Origin: Kudoa neothunni
Lineage: Eukaryota; Animalia; Cnidaria
Direction of reading: 5' to 3'
Assembly (NCBI GenBank): GCA_964304625.1
Contig: OZ199838.1
Coordinates: 7,582,035-7,646,034 of the forward strand
Length of the DNA: 64,000 nt
Part shown: positions 1 to 13,259 of the stretch, in pieces
How the letters are laid out: every line of letters starts with the position of its first letter
How positions within the stretch are numbered: position 1 is the stretch's first letter
Notes under the pieces: model-generated
Database searches by the model: none
Seen by the model: only the letters and a program-made list of their open reading frames with translations
What the model was told of the DNA's origin: nothing
Made by a program: the position numbers and the translations under genes

Positions 1-1538
1 TCAGGACCGGCCCACATATTAGGTATTTGAGAGATACTGTTTCTAACGTTATTGAGATTTTTGAAATAAGAGTATTCACCAGGTTCCGTTGACAACTCAA
101 GAGTGAGCCCTCCAGTCATATTTAGAGGCACATTCGATAACATATTGGTGAGTTCGGTGGCTACACTTAGATTATTATTGTTTTTGGATACAACAGCTTC
201 TGCTTTGTTTGGAAATTCAAATTCAATAGCACTAGCTTGCTGCGGGAAATCATTGTGATTGGTTGCATCATCATAGTAAGCAACATCACCAGCAGTTTGC
301 ACATCAATTGGAATCGTGTCATTGTGATCACTTGCGAGACCACTTTGATCATGCTTCAATGTCTCATCCATAGCATGAACAGTATCGATGAGTACACTTT
401 GAAGCAATGTTTTACGATGTTTTTCAATGGCACTTCTATCCGAATCATTATCAACAATTCCAGTCAACACATTTATATTATCAAGTATTGAGGTGTTGGT
501 TTGGTGTTGATTGTTGGGTTTTCGCCATTGCAAAAATTTAAAGTTATCCACAATTCCAATAAGATTATTCAACCTTTTACATTGTCCCTCATCATCGTAT
601 AAATCAACCAGGATGTCTTTAAGTGCATTTTCATCACAAGAACAATTAGCATCATTCCATAGACGATCTTTAGAATTGGAAAATATGCAACTAATAGGAT
701 CAATAGTGAAATCTCCTTTGTCACTACAGGGTCCAAAGTTGTTCAACAAGAGTGAAGTGATTGGATTTGAGTCAACATGTCCAAAAGTGAAACAATTTCC
801 ACCAGCATCAAAATCCAATGCATGTTTATCGTCATCGCTATCTTTTGTTGAATAGAATTGCTCAAGATTAATATTTTTTAAATTTTTTTCAAGTTTACAC
901 ATCAGATTTCGGTTGATGTTACGTTTTGACTTTTTCCCCTTATGTTTTTTGTTACGAGCAGCGTTATTATCACCATCCTCTTGATTGGTGCTATCATCGC
1001 TGTGAATAGCTGAATCATCTATGTTGGCTGATGGTAGCTGTTCTGATCCAAGCGTGCCAGCTATTTTTACAGCATCACTGTGCACTGAATCCACACGATA
1101 ACTGTAGATTTTTACACTAGCGTCCAATGTACATCCAGCAACTTGAAAATTAGTGGTAGCACCGCTATTGTTGTCGTCATTATTGGTGGTTAACAAATCC
1201 TGCATGTAATCAATGAGTTGAAGTCCAAATGCATTTTTGATATTGATTTTGTTTTCACTAGATAGTCGAATACAGGACGAGTAGATTTCCTTTAGTTGTT
1301 CATGGGTAAGCCCGTTACTCATACAGCTTGTTCTTAATTGTTTTCGGCGTCCGAACAATGGTGAACAAACGTAACTAGATGATTTATTTAGGTTGGAGAA
1401 TTTGGCCTTTTCTTTCGAAGATATCTTTTCCTGATTATCATCATTCTCAATAATAGAGCTTGCAGCACTGTTGCTGAACATCGAAATTGAAGAATTAATT
1501 AGACGACTGTTGTTTCCTAGCAATGATGAATTTTTCAT
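1..1538 (-). CDS. NCAPH: Condensin I kleisin subunit (Barren/CAP-H), 5' part; runs off the window edge
   Basis: Uninterrupted minus-strand frame from ATG 1538 to the window edge (absent from the ORF track because it has no stop). Contains CIRLSSENKINIKNAFGLQLIDYM, NFQVAGCTLDASVKIYSYRVDSVH and EYSYF...WAGP, all CAP-H motifs. No intron in this stretch. Confidence 0.93.
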   Translation of the reverse strand, partial: MKNSSLLGNNSRLINSSISMFSNSAASSIIENDDNQEKISSKEKAKFSNLNKSSSYVCSPLFGRRKQLRTSCMSNGLTHEQLKEIYSSCIRLSSENKINIKNAFGLQLIDYMQDLLTTNNDDNNSGATTNFQVAGCTLDASVKIYSYRVDSVHSDAVKIAGTLGSEQLPSANIDDSAIHSDDSTNQEDGDNNAARNKKHKGKKSKRNINRNLMCKLEKNLKNINLEQFYSTKDSDDDKHALDFDAGGNCFTFGHVDSNPITSLLLNNFGPCSDKGDFTIDPISCIFSNSKDRLWNDANCSCDENALKDILVDLYDDEGQCKRLNNLIGIVDNFKFLQWRKPNNQHQTNTSILDNINVLTGIVDNDSDRSAIEKHRKTLLQSVLIDTVHAMDETLKHDQSGLASDHNDTIPIDVQTAGDVAYYDDATNHNDFPQQASAIEFEFPNKAEAVVSKNNNNLSVATELTNMLSNVPLNMTGGLTLELSTEPGEYSYFKNLNNVRNSISQIPNMWAGP

Positions 1539-1769
1539 GTTATCTATAGAGATGAGATTCAACAAGCACAAAATGTGGCCAATAACTATAAGAGACAATT
1601 GAACAGATCAGTGATTTGCGTACACACGGCCTCGATAGTAGTAAATTGTGCCTTTCGGCCATTTGTGCATGCGCGGCAAATAAATACACATTATACGACA
1701 CCACCGAATATAGCGATTTCTATCGCAAAAACTATTCTATTGATATATTAATATTTTTAGATGATTCAT

Positions 1770-4700
1770 TTAATAAGAATCTAATCGAATGATGTCTTTT
1801 CTTCCTTTTCCAATGCCAATGAATGAAACTAATTTAAAATAGCCGATAATAAATGCTAATAAAACACGGATAAAGTGGAATGAATAGGAGATTACTTGGA
1901 ATTCCCACCGAAGATTCGATAAAGTTGATATACTTTTTACAATTTTTGGGAAGATCATCAAATTTGGTGTTTTTCGATATATCACATTTCCATCCTGGAA
2001 ACACTTCGTACACCACTCGATACTTATCAAGCTTGTATTGATTGGCTATTGTTAGATTTAATGCGCATGTCATAAAAACCCTTTGATAATTTTAACAAAG
2101 TTTTACCCGGATAATGGTCAGTTTTGTTTCCAGCCTCATCAACATACGATGTAACAATCTTTATCTCATCAAGTTGATTAAGAACATCAACCTTGGTGAG
2201 CGAAATGCTAAGAATTGTTTAAAAACTCCATTTTTCAATTAAACAAACCTTGTAGCCCCATTGAGACGAATGCAACTTTTGACAACAACCAAATCCAACC
2301 ATCCGCATCTTCTTGGACGACCGGTTGTGGTCCCAAATTCTTGTCCTTGAGTTCGTAGGTGTTCTCCTATTTCCTAATATTTAAGGATATTAAGAAACAT
2401 GAACGTGAGGTGAAACCGATACAGAAATTAAAATAAATGCAGGCGCACAAAAACCGATTTCATCGAGTTCAATAAATTATGCTTTAATTCAGGGGTTCTC
2501 AACCGGGAGTGAATCAAGTGACATCAAAATTAGATAGAAGTAGGGACAATTTTCGCATAATGCGGTTTTTGACTTATTTAACACTCATACTTAGTCGACA
2601 ATTTTCACCTTTAACCCTCCCTGTATAGCGCGGGAAAAAATCACGTGTGTTCCGATGGGGTCCATCCGGACCCCAAATAAAACTATCTTAATAATCTTTA
2701 ATTTCTTTATGCCATGCTTTAAAAATTTTTTCAACTATTTATAAGATGCTCTGCATAGGGAATTAAATTAATTGTGAAGCGTTAGTAGGCTAAAAAACAG
2801 GGTTCCATAATGTACCAATACCGATTATTTAAAATTAATGAAGAATTTAGGAACAATACATTGGCCTGTTATTTTCGTCATTTTTATAATTTAAATATGC
2901 TATATGGAGAAATAACACGACCATTTATTCAATAAGATTCAAAACAACGAGCTTATAATTAGCATCCGAATTTACTTGACATGGCTTTTTGAAAAGAATT
3001 ACGTGAGTAATATAAATTTAAACTCACCAGAATAGACTTAGGCATGATTTACAAGCTTGTAAAATTTTAGCAGTAACAATAGAATGCAAGCAGGCATTCA
3101 CTGTTGTTTTCATCTGAATATCTTTGAAAAGTAAATAATTAGCGAAATAACCAAAAATTGCTATTGATCTTATGGCGATTAAATTGAAAAATTTATCATA
3201 AACTTGCTTTTGATTTTTCTTACAAATATAAACTATTCCAAAGATGTCAAATATTACACAAACGTGTGAATATTTTCAAAAACAACAATGCTAAAATGCA
3301 CATAAATGGTTTAATATGATTAACATTAGCACAAATTTGTTTTTTAACATACTTCATATCAGTGTAGGCGCGGATGAAATCATTTAATGGGAATAAGCGG
3401 GATTTATGAGAGGATATATAATCGAAGAGTGTCTATTGAATAACAAAAATTAAACCCTCACGTTTAGTTATTTTTAAATAAGTTCTTATTAGCAAACTAA
3501 TTGTACCTTCAAAATATAAATAAGAGTTGCAAAGATTAAAAATGAAAGTCGCGCAAGCGTATATGATATTTAAAATCGAGCCTAGGTGGCCCAAAAGCAA
3601 TAGTCTTAATTAAAGATTAACGATAATGCAAATGAACAACGGCTGATGAGATTTACCCCAGATTCCTCGGATGGAAACGGGCCATCACCAACCCTAGTGG
3701 TGTAAGCTTTGACCACAATGTTGACAGAACCAATATTTTGTGGATTGAGTCCAAGTCCAGTTAACACGCCAGCAACACCAGTGTTTGAAGACGTAACATA
3801 TGGATAGGTTCCTATAGATAGGAGTTATTGCATTTCAACAATTTTTTATTATAGCTATACCAAAATCAATGTCTAGCAAACAACCATTGGCTCCTTCTAC
3901 AAGAATTTTCTTCTTTTCGTTAATGATTTGACTCATCAATTTAAATGTATCACAAACGAATGGTTTCAGCATTGTTGCATACGTCTGAATACCTTTATTA
4001 ACTGTTGTATGGAGAATAAAATCACCTTATATTTGTTCATTTCTTTAGCAATGTTGACTTCCAGTTGTGGGAAGATTTTTTTATGGTAATCGACGATTGA
4101 TACCAATCTAATTTTATGAATAGTTATGTAGATTCAATTCGAATAAAAATGTTATTAAATAAGAGGTATACAATTTTTCAAAATCTTCAGCGCTTAACTC
4201 CATCAATTCACACATTCTGATGCCATTTCTCAACATCTATGCGTTAATGATGTTTTGTCTAGTTATTGTTGCTACCTTTGATGAATATGTGGGGCCGATC
4301 CCTTTTTTAGTTGTACCAATACTGAGTTAATTAATTTAAGTCATTTGTAATTCGCACAGTAAATTTTGTCGTACCTGTTCTTTCCTCTCATTGAATCGAT
4401 ATAACCGTCCACCGCTTGATGAAAATCAAAGACTAATTGTGTTAAAAGTTCAAATCAAGTAAAATAAACTTTTCATTAATACCTATATGCGCTCTGTCAC
4501 TGATAAAGAGTCTGTCGGTGATATCGATGTTATCTAAAAAACGTTGATGACAAAGTTTCGCTAATGTGTACATTAAATAACTATTTTTAAGTTGTTCCAA
4601 TTCGCTGAAGAGAGTTGGTATATGAATCACTACCCCGTTTCCTAAATTAAGGCGTAGAGCTTAGATGTCCACAAAACAAAAATTACCAATAATAGCTTTA

Positions 4701-5017
4701 CATTCGGGATTCACCAACCCACTAAATATAAAAATTTATAGGTATTGAACAATTACATTAGCAATAGCTTAAATAGTTACCTGGGAAGAAGATGAAAAAA
4801 ATAAGATACATCATTGACAACAACTGTGTGTCCTGCATTACTTCCACCCTAAACAATGCAGAATTACAGCCAGCCGCAACCAAATACATCATCTATTTAA
4901 AGGCATTACCTGGCATCTGCAAACATAATCCATATCTGATGCAATGGTGTCTACAATTTTTCCTTTCCCTTCGTCGCCCCATTGTGCTCCTAAAATAACT
5001 CCTACTTTGTTCGCCAT
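1770..5017 (-). CDS. ADSS: Adenylosuccinate synthetase, multi-exon
   Basis: Spliced translation gives [79 protein letters not shown] and [17 protein letters not shown]-terminus ends [16 protein letters not shown]. Introns are about 50-60 nt except one of 1283 nt (2374-3656). Confidence 0.96.
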
Positions 5018-6831
5018 GCTCTGGATCGGGAAACTCACGCGCATGATTTCATTAGATCATAGTGGATTGTATCCATTGATAACAATACTCTGTAAAAAAT
5101 CGATATGATAAAAATAGATATTAAAAATTCTACTCGATTTTGTTTTAGAAGTCACTCTTATAATTCATAGGGTTTCCAATTTTAGGGGATTAAATCCTTT
5201 CTATGTGGAATAAAAACACTTCCACGGACACATCAGGCAATTAAAAAAAAAACTAAGCATATTATTATTATTTTCAATTATTTGAATTTGAACTGAATCT
5301 CATTAAAAAAAGGATTCAATACCATCCAATATAACACGCGCGAAGCGAAGATGTGACAAGAGACGATTTCTTCATCTTCCGGATATTCTCGTTCCTTTTA
5401 TGTTCATCAAAAAATAATCGATGGGTTATTTATTTTTTATCAAATGGATTCTTTGGTTTGCTTTAATGCGTTAGATTATGAATCAATGGCTTAACAATTG
5501 AAAGTAGGATTAGATTGAGAGCTGTTATAAACACGCTAGTTGTTATTTTGTTCTACGATTCCTGAATCTCCAACCGAACTCGAGCTATCCAACACCTCAA
5601 GTGCATTACACTTTTGTAATAAAATTACACAAACTTTCTATAGTAGGATAAAACTTAAATTGCTTATTATGTATTGATGTGCCGTTTGATGGGTCGTTAA
5701 AAAATTAATTTAACGTTTAATGATTTTTTTGATAAAACCATGAGTTACTATAAAGATTGTGGAGAATTATTATTCATTAGTAACTGGAGGATTTGGAATA
5801 ATCCACCAACGCATGCGTAGTTTATTATGACTATCTCGAGGGTCGGCTAGCCGCATGTGGCTCTTCGAGGTCATATGTGTGCCCCCTTATGTGCATAGTA
5901 TAAAATACCATATCTAAGGTTAAAATGCAAAGAAATTATATAATTTCTAATCGCTGAACTTATTTCTACATTCAAATTTTGAATTATCTTTAGAAATCGA
6001 CCATTTTTGTAATGTAAACATACGAGTGGTGAAGAAATGTATGGTACGCTAACATCATCACCTTGAGCTGATTTTCTTTTATTGCCACTTACAAGTTGAA
6101 TTTAGAAAGAAAAGATTCAGCAGAAATTTACTTATAAATAGGGAATGCAATTTTCGACGTTTGTTATGCGCTCCGAATATCGTGGCCTTTTATTCTGCGA
6201 TAAAAGGTCCTGACTTCAAAAATAAAAGATTAGTTTGTGACAATTTTTTTTATTATAATTCCGCTGCAATTTACACATAAAATGGAATAATGTAGAAGAC
6301 ATTAAAAACTTGTTCATTAGAATTGGCGTGCATAATAAACGTCGAAAACTATGATCCCTACTTATAAATATTAAGAACTCTTCATAGAATATTATCGTAT
6401 ACACCTACAATTATTAACCTTCCGAGCGCCTCAAAATCGACTATACATACACTTGGTGCTCTTTGGGTTCAAATTGACCCCAGATTTTTATTGCATAATT
6501 GAATTCAATAAATAATTATGTAATCATTGAGAAAATTAAATAAAAATTTATCGATAGATTTCTGTTGTATTCTTATTAAGAGTTTCACCACATACATACG
6601 AAATAACCCGAACTCGCGCGAATTAACTGATACCATCTGTATCAGTGTTTCCCAACCTTTTTTTGCCTCGCCCCACTTTCCGATAAAAAAAATCGCGGCG
6701 TCCCGCCACACTAAAATCCATGTAATATTAGTGAAAATGTAGCTTTTAAACGGGTTTTTGATAGGGTATCCATATGGATATTTGAAACGAATAGACTTAA
6801 ATATTGAAAAAAAATGAATACATTTGAATAT

Positions 6832-9340
6832 GGCAGTGGCTATTGCTACGGATCCGTATAATCCGCATGCGGGGGTTGTCTATTGCTACGGGAGGGAATA
6901 ACTCCAAATCTACAAATTCACATAAGATTTGAAATTTATATTTGTAATCAATGATTTTTGGCCTAACATAATTAACCGTTTTGGAGAAAATTTGAGCTAT
7001 TGAAAAATACAACATTATTGTAAGGAGTTTTGGATTAAAAAATAGCTTTAGCTCATCTTCTTAACGTTTAATAAAATTAATATGCAAAATTGCTTGCGTA
7101 AAATCAGCTAATAAGGATAATACTCAAATGAAATAAACAATTTTGGCTTCTGTTAATATGAGCGTGCGCCAAGAAACGTTTTTAATTTTGTGGCAACTGC
7201 TCACTTATATTAGATAGGCGGCATATTTATATAATTTGAAAATTTAAAACAGTTAGATAGTAAATTATTAGTTTACGAAAAGTATTAAGCGCATGAGTTA
7301 GAAATATTGTATTAGACTGATTATGATACAATTGTTGTGTTCAAATCAAACTTTTTTTAATAAACAGTTAAATAGTTAGTATATTATTTTTTCATATGTT
7401 TTTTTCCAGAAAAAGAAATGACTGTTAGCCTACGTTGTTTAGGTCATCCGATTGCTTTCACTCTCAGTGGGAATTATAGCTCGAACTAATATTTGGTAAC
7501 ATTTTAATGAATTTATTTCAAGTATCAGTTGTTATTTGGTATTATTTTCGATTAACTTCCTTTGAAATATTTGTATTACAAAAAGTTTACTGGTAAAAAT
7601 GGGTATTTGAAGAGACAATTCCCAAAAATTCCCTTACTTTATGTTCTCAACCGCAACAACGATACATAATCTTTCATTCAAAATAGGGGAGCATTCTAAA
7701 ATTTATGTCAAGAAGCCATAAATGCCTGCATGAATTTTTTCATGAAAAATGCATGCATAAATTATGCGAAATTCTCAAATAGGATCGTTAGCAAAAGTTA
7801 AATACAAAGGTGCACTAATAAGCATACCAATCGTGGAATTTATCTAAAATATTTGATTTTACAATCACTGCGAGTTCGAAAGTTTATGTATTGCCTTCGT
7901 TAACACAAATTTCCAACGAAATTGTAGAGTAGGTCGCATTAGATGATCAACCAAAAATAATCAAGTAACAACATTGTTTTCTTTTTAGTTTTAACATCAC
8001 AATTAAACTTGTAAGTTGACATACTGATAGTCGTAAATACATTCATGTTGGTTATCCCTCTTGTTTTCAAATTGTGTAGGGATTTCACTGTGATATTTTT
8101 ACTCGTTTCATAGCATAACATTTTTTGTATACGATTTTTATTAGATCGAAGTGATTTTAATTCAAAAAGATGATTATCTGAGAAATCGACTTTTTGTTGT
8201 TGAGGTAGAAATTTGTATATCAAAGCATTACAAAGACGATCGTGTATCTCATTTAAAAATATGATTATGAATTATTTTCCATATTGTTACTAACTCAAAA
8301 AGTTACGCTAGAGAGGCAGTTACCTCTGTTTGTTGACGATTTTTGTTACCATTAAGCTTTCTTTTTTTTATATAGAGTCGAAAACAATACAAACCTTATT
8401 TTGTAGTAAATTAAAGCTTCATTAAAATATTTTAGAATTTTGTATTTTTCGCTATCCCCTCATTTTTAATTTGTTGGAAAAAAGATGTTCATAACGATTA
8501 ATATGACTATATAATGAGTTATATAAGTCAACTTTCAATCCAGGAGAGGATTCCATCGTACAAATGACGCTTGACGCTACAATGAAAACTTTGATTCGCA
8601 CACGGATTACCGTATTCAATAATACAAAACGTGTTTCCTTCTATTGTGGACATTAATTTCAGTCAACGCATTACCGTAAAATTTAAGTTTTAATGTTATT
8701 AAAACTAATAATTTATCTATATTTGTAACAATAACATTTAAGAAGATGAATTATGCTCACCGCTATTTAATTGCACACAGTAAGCTTTTATATTTATTTT
8801 AACTATAAAATTAAACATTACTTTAAATATATTTACTGAATTCACTATATATAATGTTCTAATCGTTTTCTATGAATAACGATAATATTGAATGTACTTT
8901 GTAGATATGTAATAATACATATAAATATAATCTATAAATCAAATATATATATATATATATAACAAATACAATTATTTCATTTTATAAAAATCTAGTTGAG
9001 CACATTTTAACTGATTACATTAGCTGCGCCAGATTAAACAGGCTAGGTACAATCAGAGGTAATAGGTTGGACGTTTTATGCATAAAAAACAACGTCTGGT
9101 ATTTTCTTTTTAAATTAAAGAAACCTTTATTAGTAAAAAATTAAAATATTTATTTAACATTACTCATATCAAAACTTAAAACACGAAATTTATAGTCACA
9201 ATATTAGAAATTTCAATAGCTCAAATTTTCTCCAAAACGGTTATGTTAGGCCAAAAATCATTGATTACAAATATAAATTTCAAATCTTATGTGAATTTGT
9301 AGATTTGGAGTTATTCCCTCCCGTAGCAATACCCAGTGCC
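6832..9340 (-). mobile_element. Mutator-like element (MULE), decayed
   Basis: Long TIRs (about 6832-7005 vs 9209-9340, GGCA(G/C)TGG termini). Exact 9-bp TSD tttgaatat (6823-6831 and 9341-9349). Remnant ORF 7939-8223 (LPQQQK...ITVKSLHNLK) resembles MULE/ZSWIM-type transposase N-termini. Confidence 0.85.
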
Positions 9341-9682
9341 TTTGAATATTATGATATTTTTGAAAAACTTCGATATAATAATTATTTTCCCACAGGATTT
9401 AAAGAGGATTTCGTTATTTTTACATTTCATTGTTAGAAAATTTTATAATATATTAGATTTTATTAAATATTAAACGTACTTTTAAATAAACTTATACTAT
9501 GTGTATTCTTTGTCATAAATTTCGAAATGCGTATAAAGAGAAGTATCACAACCACCACTAAACAATACTAATTATACGTTGGGTCATTACGAACTGACTA
9601 ATAAAACTATACCTACGAGCAAAATACATAAAACTAAAATATTTATTAAATAATCAATAAGCCAAAGTTTGAATATACTTGT

Positions 9683-11458
9683 TTAATGAGATCCCTGTCC
9701 TTGACGTAGACGGCACAAGCCCTCTATTCGAGGAGAAAGTTTTGATAAGGTCAGACGTAAATCTTCCCTTTTTGTGATATCAAGGCGGTTTCTTCTGGTA
9801 CTTAACAAATTTCCGACTGCACTGAATCTACATTCCACAAGAAATGATGAAGGGAAAGGGATTAAAATTTCTTTAGCTGCGGAGGAAGTAATTGGGTATT
9901 TCTTTTCAACATCCGCTGACAGCCAAATACTATTCCATTTATTCTATATAACGCATCCGTACATTTGTCATGCTGTATTTCAAACAATTCTTACTGATAT
10001 TGAAACCCAGCCTCGGAAACATCAGTTAATAGCGGCTGAGTTAGCCAGATAGGAAAAATCGTCCCTTTTAAGTCGAAAAATCTGTTGTTAAAATCCATTA
10101 TTAAGATACTTAAATGGGCTGTAATTATTTTTAGGGCATAGCAAGATACCTCACATTTACTTAACCAACAAAAATGACTAAAGATACACTGAGATGCAGT
10201 TTTGTAGCAAAGTTCGAGAAACGAAATGAATCCAAAAATTTTCGCTTTTGCGTCGACAAGAGTTACATTTTCTCCTTGGAGTTTAGAATTTAAAATGCGA
10301 AGTCTCTCAAAGATGTCGGCTAAATAACTAACAAAGGCCTTTCCATCGCTTGTAGTAAGATAGTTCATTTCAGGTTTGCCGTCTAAGAATTCAATTACCT
10401 GATCAAACAACTCCATGAACCTCTTAAGGCAATTTCCATTCGACAACCACCTAATTTCAGTATATAGCAATAAACGAATGTGATCGGCATTATGATCTTT
10501 GCAAAATTCCTTGAATAATCTTTCAGCTTTGGGATTTGTTTTAATAAAGTTAATACATTTGATCACATTCTATAATATTTCATTAAGAGGAGGAGATAAT
10601 TTGTTTGCCACTAGATTTTCTCGATGTATTACGCAATGGACTATTATTAACTTCGGATTTTCATCTTTAAGAAGCTTCAAACATCCATTTTTTGTCCCCA
10701 TCATAGCAGGATCACCGTCAGCAGCACATGACAACAAATTGGCAATCGGTATTTTATTTGAAACAAAATAATTTGTCACCACAGTATAGATATCTTTTGC
10801 TGTTGTAGTTGTATCCAATGATTTACAAAAAAACATTTCTTCACAAAATTGTTCTTTGTCAATACATCTTACATAAGCCAGTAGAAGAGCTTCGCTGTCT
10901 CGAATTGTGGATTCATCCAACTGTAATGAAAACTTCTTTGTTTGTAGATTTTCAATAAGTTGAGCTTCGACGTCTTTAGACTTCTCATCAATTCGATCAG
11001 AAACTGTATTATTACTAAGAGGCAAAGCCTTAACTTCAGTATCAATTTTTTGTTGGGCGGTCTTTAAAAAAATTGAAATAGCTGGTTTTATCAAATTTTC
11101 ACCAATTTTGTGATTCTTTCCGTTTTTTGAAATAAGCAGCGAGATTTCGTAGCTTGCTTCCAAAGTACGCTTATTTAGTCCAAATTGGGAATCAAACATG
11201 GATGAAACTTTTTGTCTATTTTCAAACTGCTCTTTAAGTGACACAAAATATTTCAACTCTGAACAAACATTATTGGGATGTTTTGCTTTTAAATGCGCGT
11301 CTAGTCTGCCAGCCTTCATGGACTCATTACTCAAGACCTGACGGCATATCAAACAAAAAGGTCTGCTTTCATCAAGGCTATATGCTATATGGTATAAAAC
11401 CAAAACTCAAAAATTCTGAAGAATAACGGCGGGTTTTCCTCTTTCTATCGTTATTCAT
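9683..11458 (-). pseudogene. hAT/Buster (ZBED5/ZBED8-like) transposase pseudogene
   Basis: BED finger (CLIC...HLKAKH), FSLQLDEST, CAADGDPAM, HCVIHRE, EIRWLS and a C-terminal dimerization segment. Stops at about 10570 and 9991 and a frameshift near 11385. Confidence 0.9.
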
Positions 11459-11923
11459 TGTAAAAAATAGATTTGAGCTTCGCGAATAAAGAGCAAACAA
11501 GTGTTCACAATTCGATGATACACGAATGTTCAATTGATAGACACTTGAATAAATCTGAGTCGGTACAGATTCAATCGAATCGAAGTTTTGAAATTCATAA
11601 TTATCAAATTCTATTTATCCTTAGTCAAAAGAAGGCCATAACCAATCGTAATATGAAATTCTTTTCGGATTAATATATTTGGCGACACTTATAGTCTTAA
11701 TATTCTAATTGAGAACAGAAATAATATTTTATTCGATTTATGAACTGAATAATTCAAGTGCTAACGATCTTTCGAATAATTCCTTATTCAAATTTTAAAA
11801 GAAATATACAGAAAGCCAAATTATAAATATTTTATAAACGCTCGTTCTCCATTAATAATTGCTTCCCCTAGTGGCGTCCATTATGCCTTCAAAATATTCT
11901 GCGCCCCACGTTGGGAAACACTG

Positions 11924-13258
11924 GTGTAGAGGAAGGTTAAGAATAACAAATCATGACGATACGGAAAACATTGAAAAAACTGGATTTCACAATCACATCG
12001 TATCGGAGGAGGACAAAAATAAAAAAATATTCCACAATAAAATAAAATTCTTAGTAGGAACTACTTTATATCCAACAAACAAGGTGTATAGTATTGCAAC
12101 CAGCAAAGAAAACATTAGTGAATTGCCGATTATTCCTAAATCTTTTGTATACAAAAACATAAGAAATTTAAGAAAAAGAAACAATATTCAAATTAATCCG
12201 GCGACAAATCTTTGTAATAAAATTAAGACTCTGAGAGATGAATCCTTTTGTTTGTTCGATTCAGGTTCTGACGACGAAAACAGAATAATCACTTTTTCTA
12301 CTGAGAAAAACCTTTTACATCTGGAAAATTCAGATTGTTGGATTGAGGATGGAACTTTTAACGTTGCGCAGAAGGATTTTTTTCAGTTATATGCTATTCA
12401 CAGTATTGTATTCAACAGGGTTTTTCCACTAGCGTTTGTTTTAATGTCGGACAAGTTTGAGAAAAATTACACGAAGATTATTGAAATAATCAAGGAAAAG
12501 GGTAATATGGAGTTACCGAAATCAATAATTATTGACTTTGAAGTAGCAGCATATAATGCTTTTAAAAAAGCATCAAAACATGATGTACAATTTTTTTTGT
12601 TTCATTTCGGACAATGTAATTACCGAAAAATTCAATCACTTGGACTTTCCGAGGAATACCAAAATGACCTAGATTTTAAAGTTTTCATTAAATGCGTTAT
12701 GTTACTCGCATTTGTTTCTAAAGATTTTGTTGAAGCCGAATTCAAAAAATTGTGTACCTCTGCTGAAAAATTTCAGATTCCTAACCTTCAATTATTCTTA
12801 ATATACTTTGAACAAGACTTTATTAGAAGCAAAAAGTATCCCATTGAGTCATGGAATGCATACCAAAGAGTGATGAACAATGTAAAACTAACATCTAACA
12901 ACGCAGAAATATTCAATCGCCACTTTTATTCCTGCTTTGACCAGTCACATTCATCACAAATCTAAAAGAGCAACAAAGTTTGATTGGACAGGAAATTATG
13001 TATCAGCTATGTAATCCAAATACAACAAATCAGAACAAAAAGACGGAAATAAAAATGGAAAAATTGAAGGAGATATGCTCGAATTATAGTTCCTATTATG
13101 GTACATTTTATTTAGAAGCTATATCTAAAACGTATGATTGGAAATTAAAATAAAATTATAGGTAGTTTGCGTTTTTTTTTCAATAAAAAATTACGGCTTA
13201 TGTATTTTTTGCATTCGCACACGCGCAGGCTATCTTTCTCCACCGGAAAAATTTCTCC
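11924..13258 (+). mobile_element. MULE transposon 3' part (DDE transposase), 5' end lost at the hAT boundary
   Basis: CRGRL...HNH, WIEDGTFN, QLYAIH, IIIDFEVA, FHFGQ, WN...TSNNAEIFN. Premature stop at 12963, with the natural end near 13150. The right boundary is approximate. Confidence 0.85.
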
Positions 13259-13259
13259 A

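Larger units (their letters stand above)
6643..11923 (-). mobile_element. hAT (Buster/Charlie-type) transposon, defective, with a nested MULE
   Basis: TIRs CAGTGTTTCCCAAC (6643) and GTTGGGAAACACTG (ends 11923). Transposase remnant inside. The 8-bp flanks do not match (atctgtat vs gtgtagag). Confidence 0.85.

Noticed and set aside
167-855. Short ORFs listed over 167-855
   Set aside because: They are antisense or alternate-frame shadows of the NCAPH coding sequence.
11859-12965. 368-aa ORF as an intact or domesticated MULE transposase
   Set aside because: The first 22 or so codons come from the hAT terminus, the true N-terminus is missing, and the ORF stops before the natural C-terminus near 13150.
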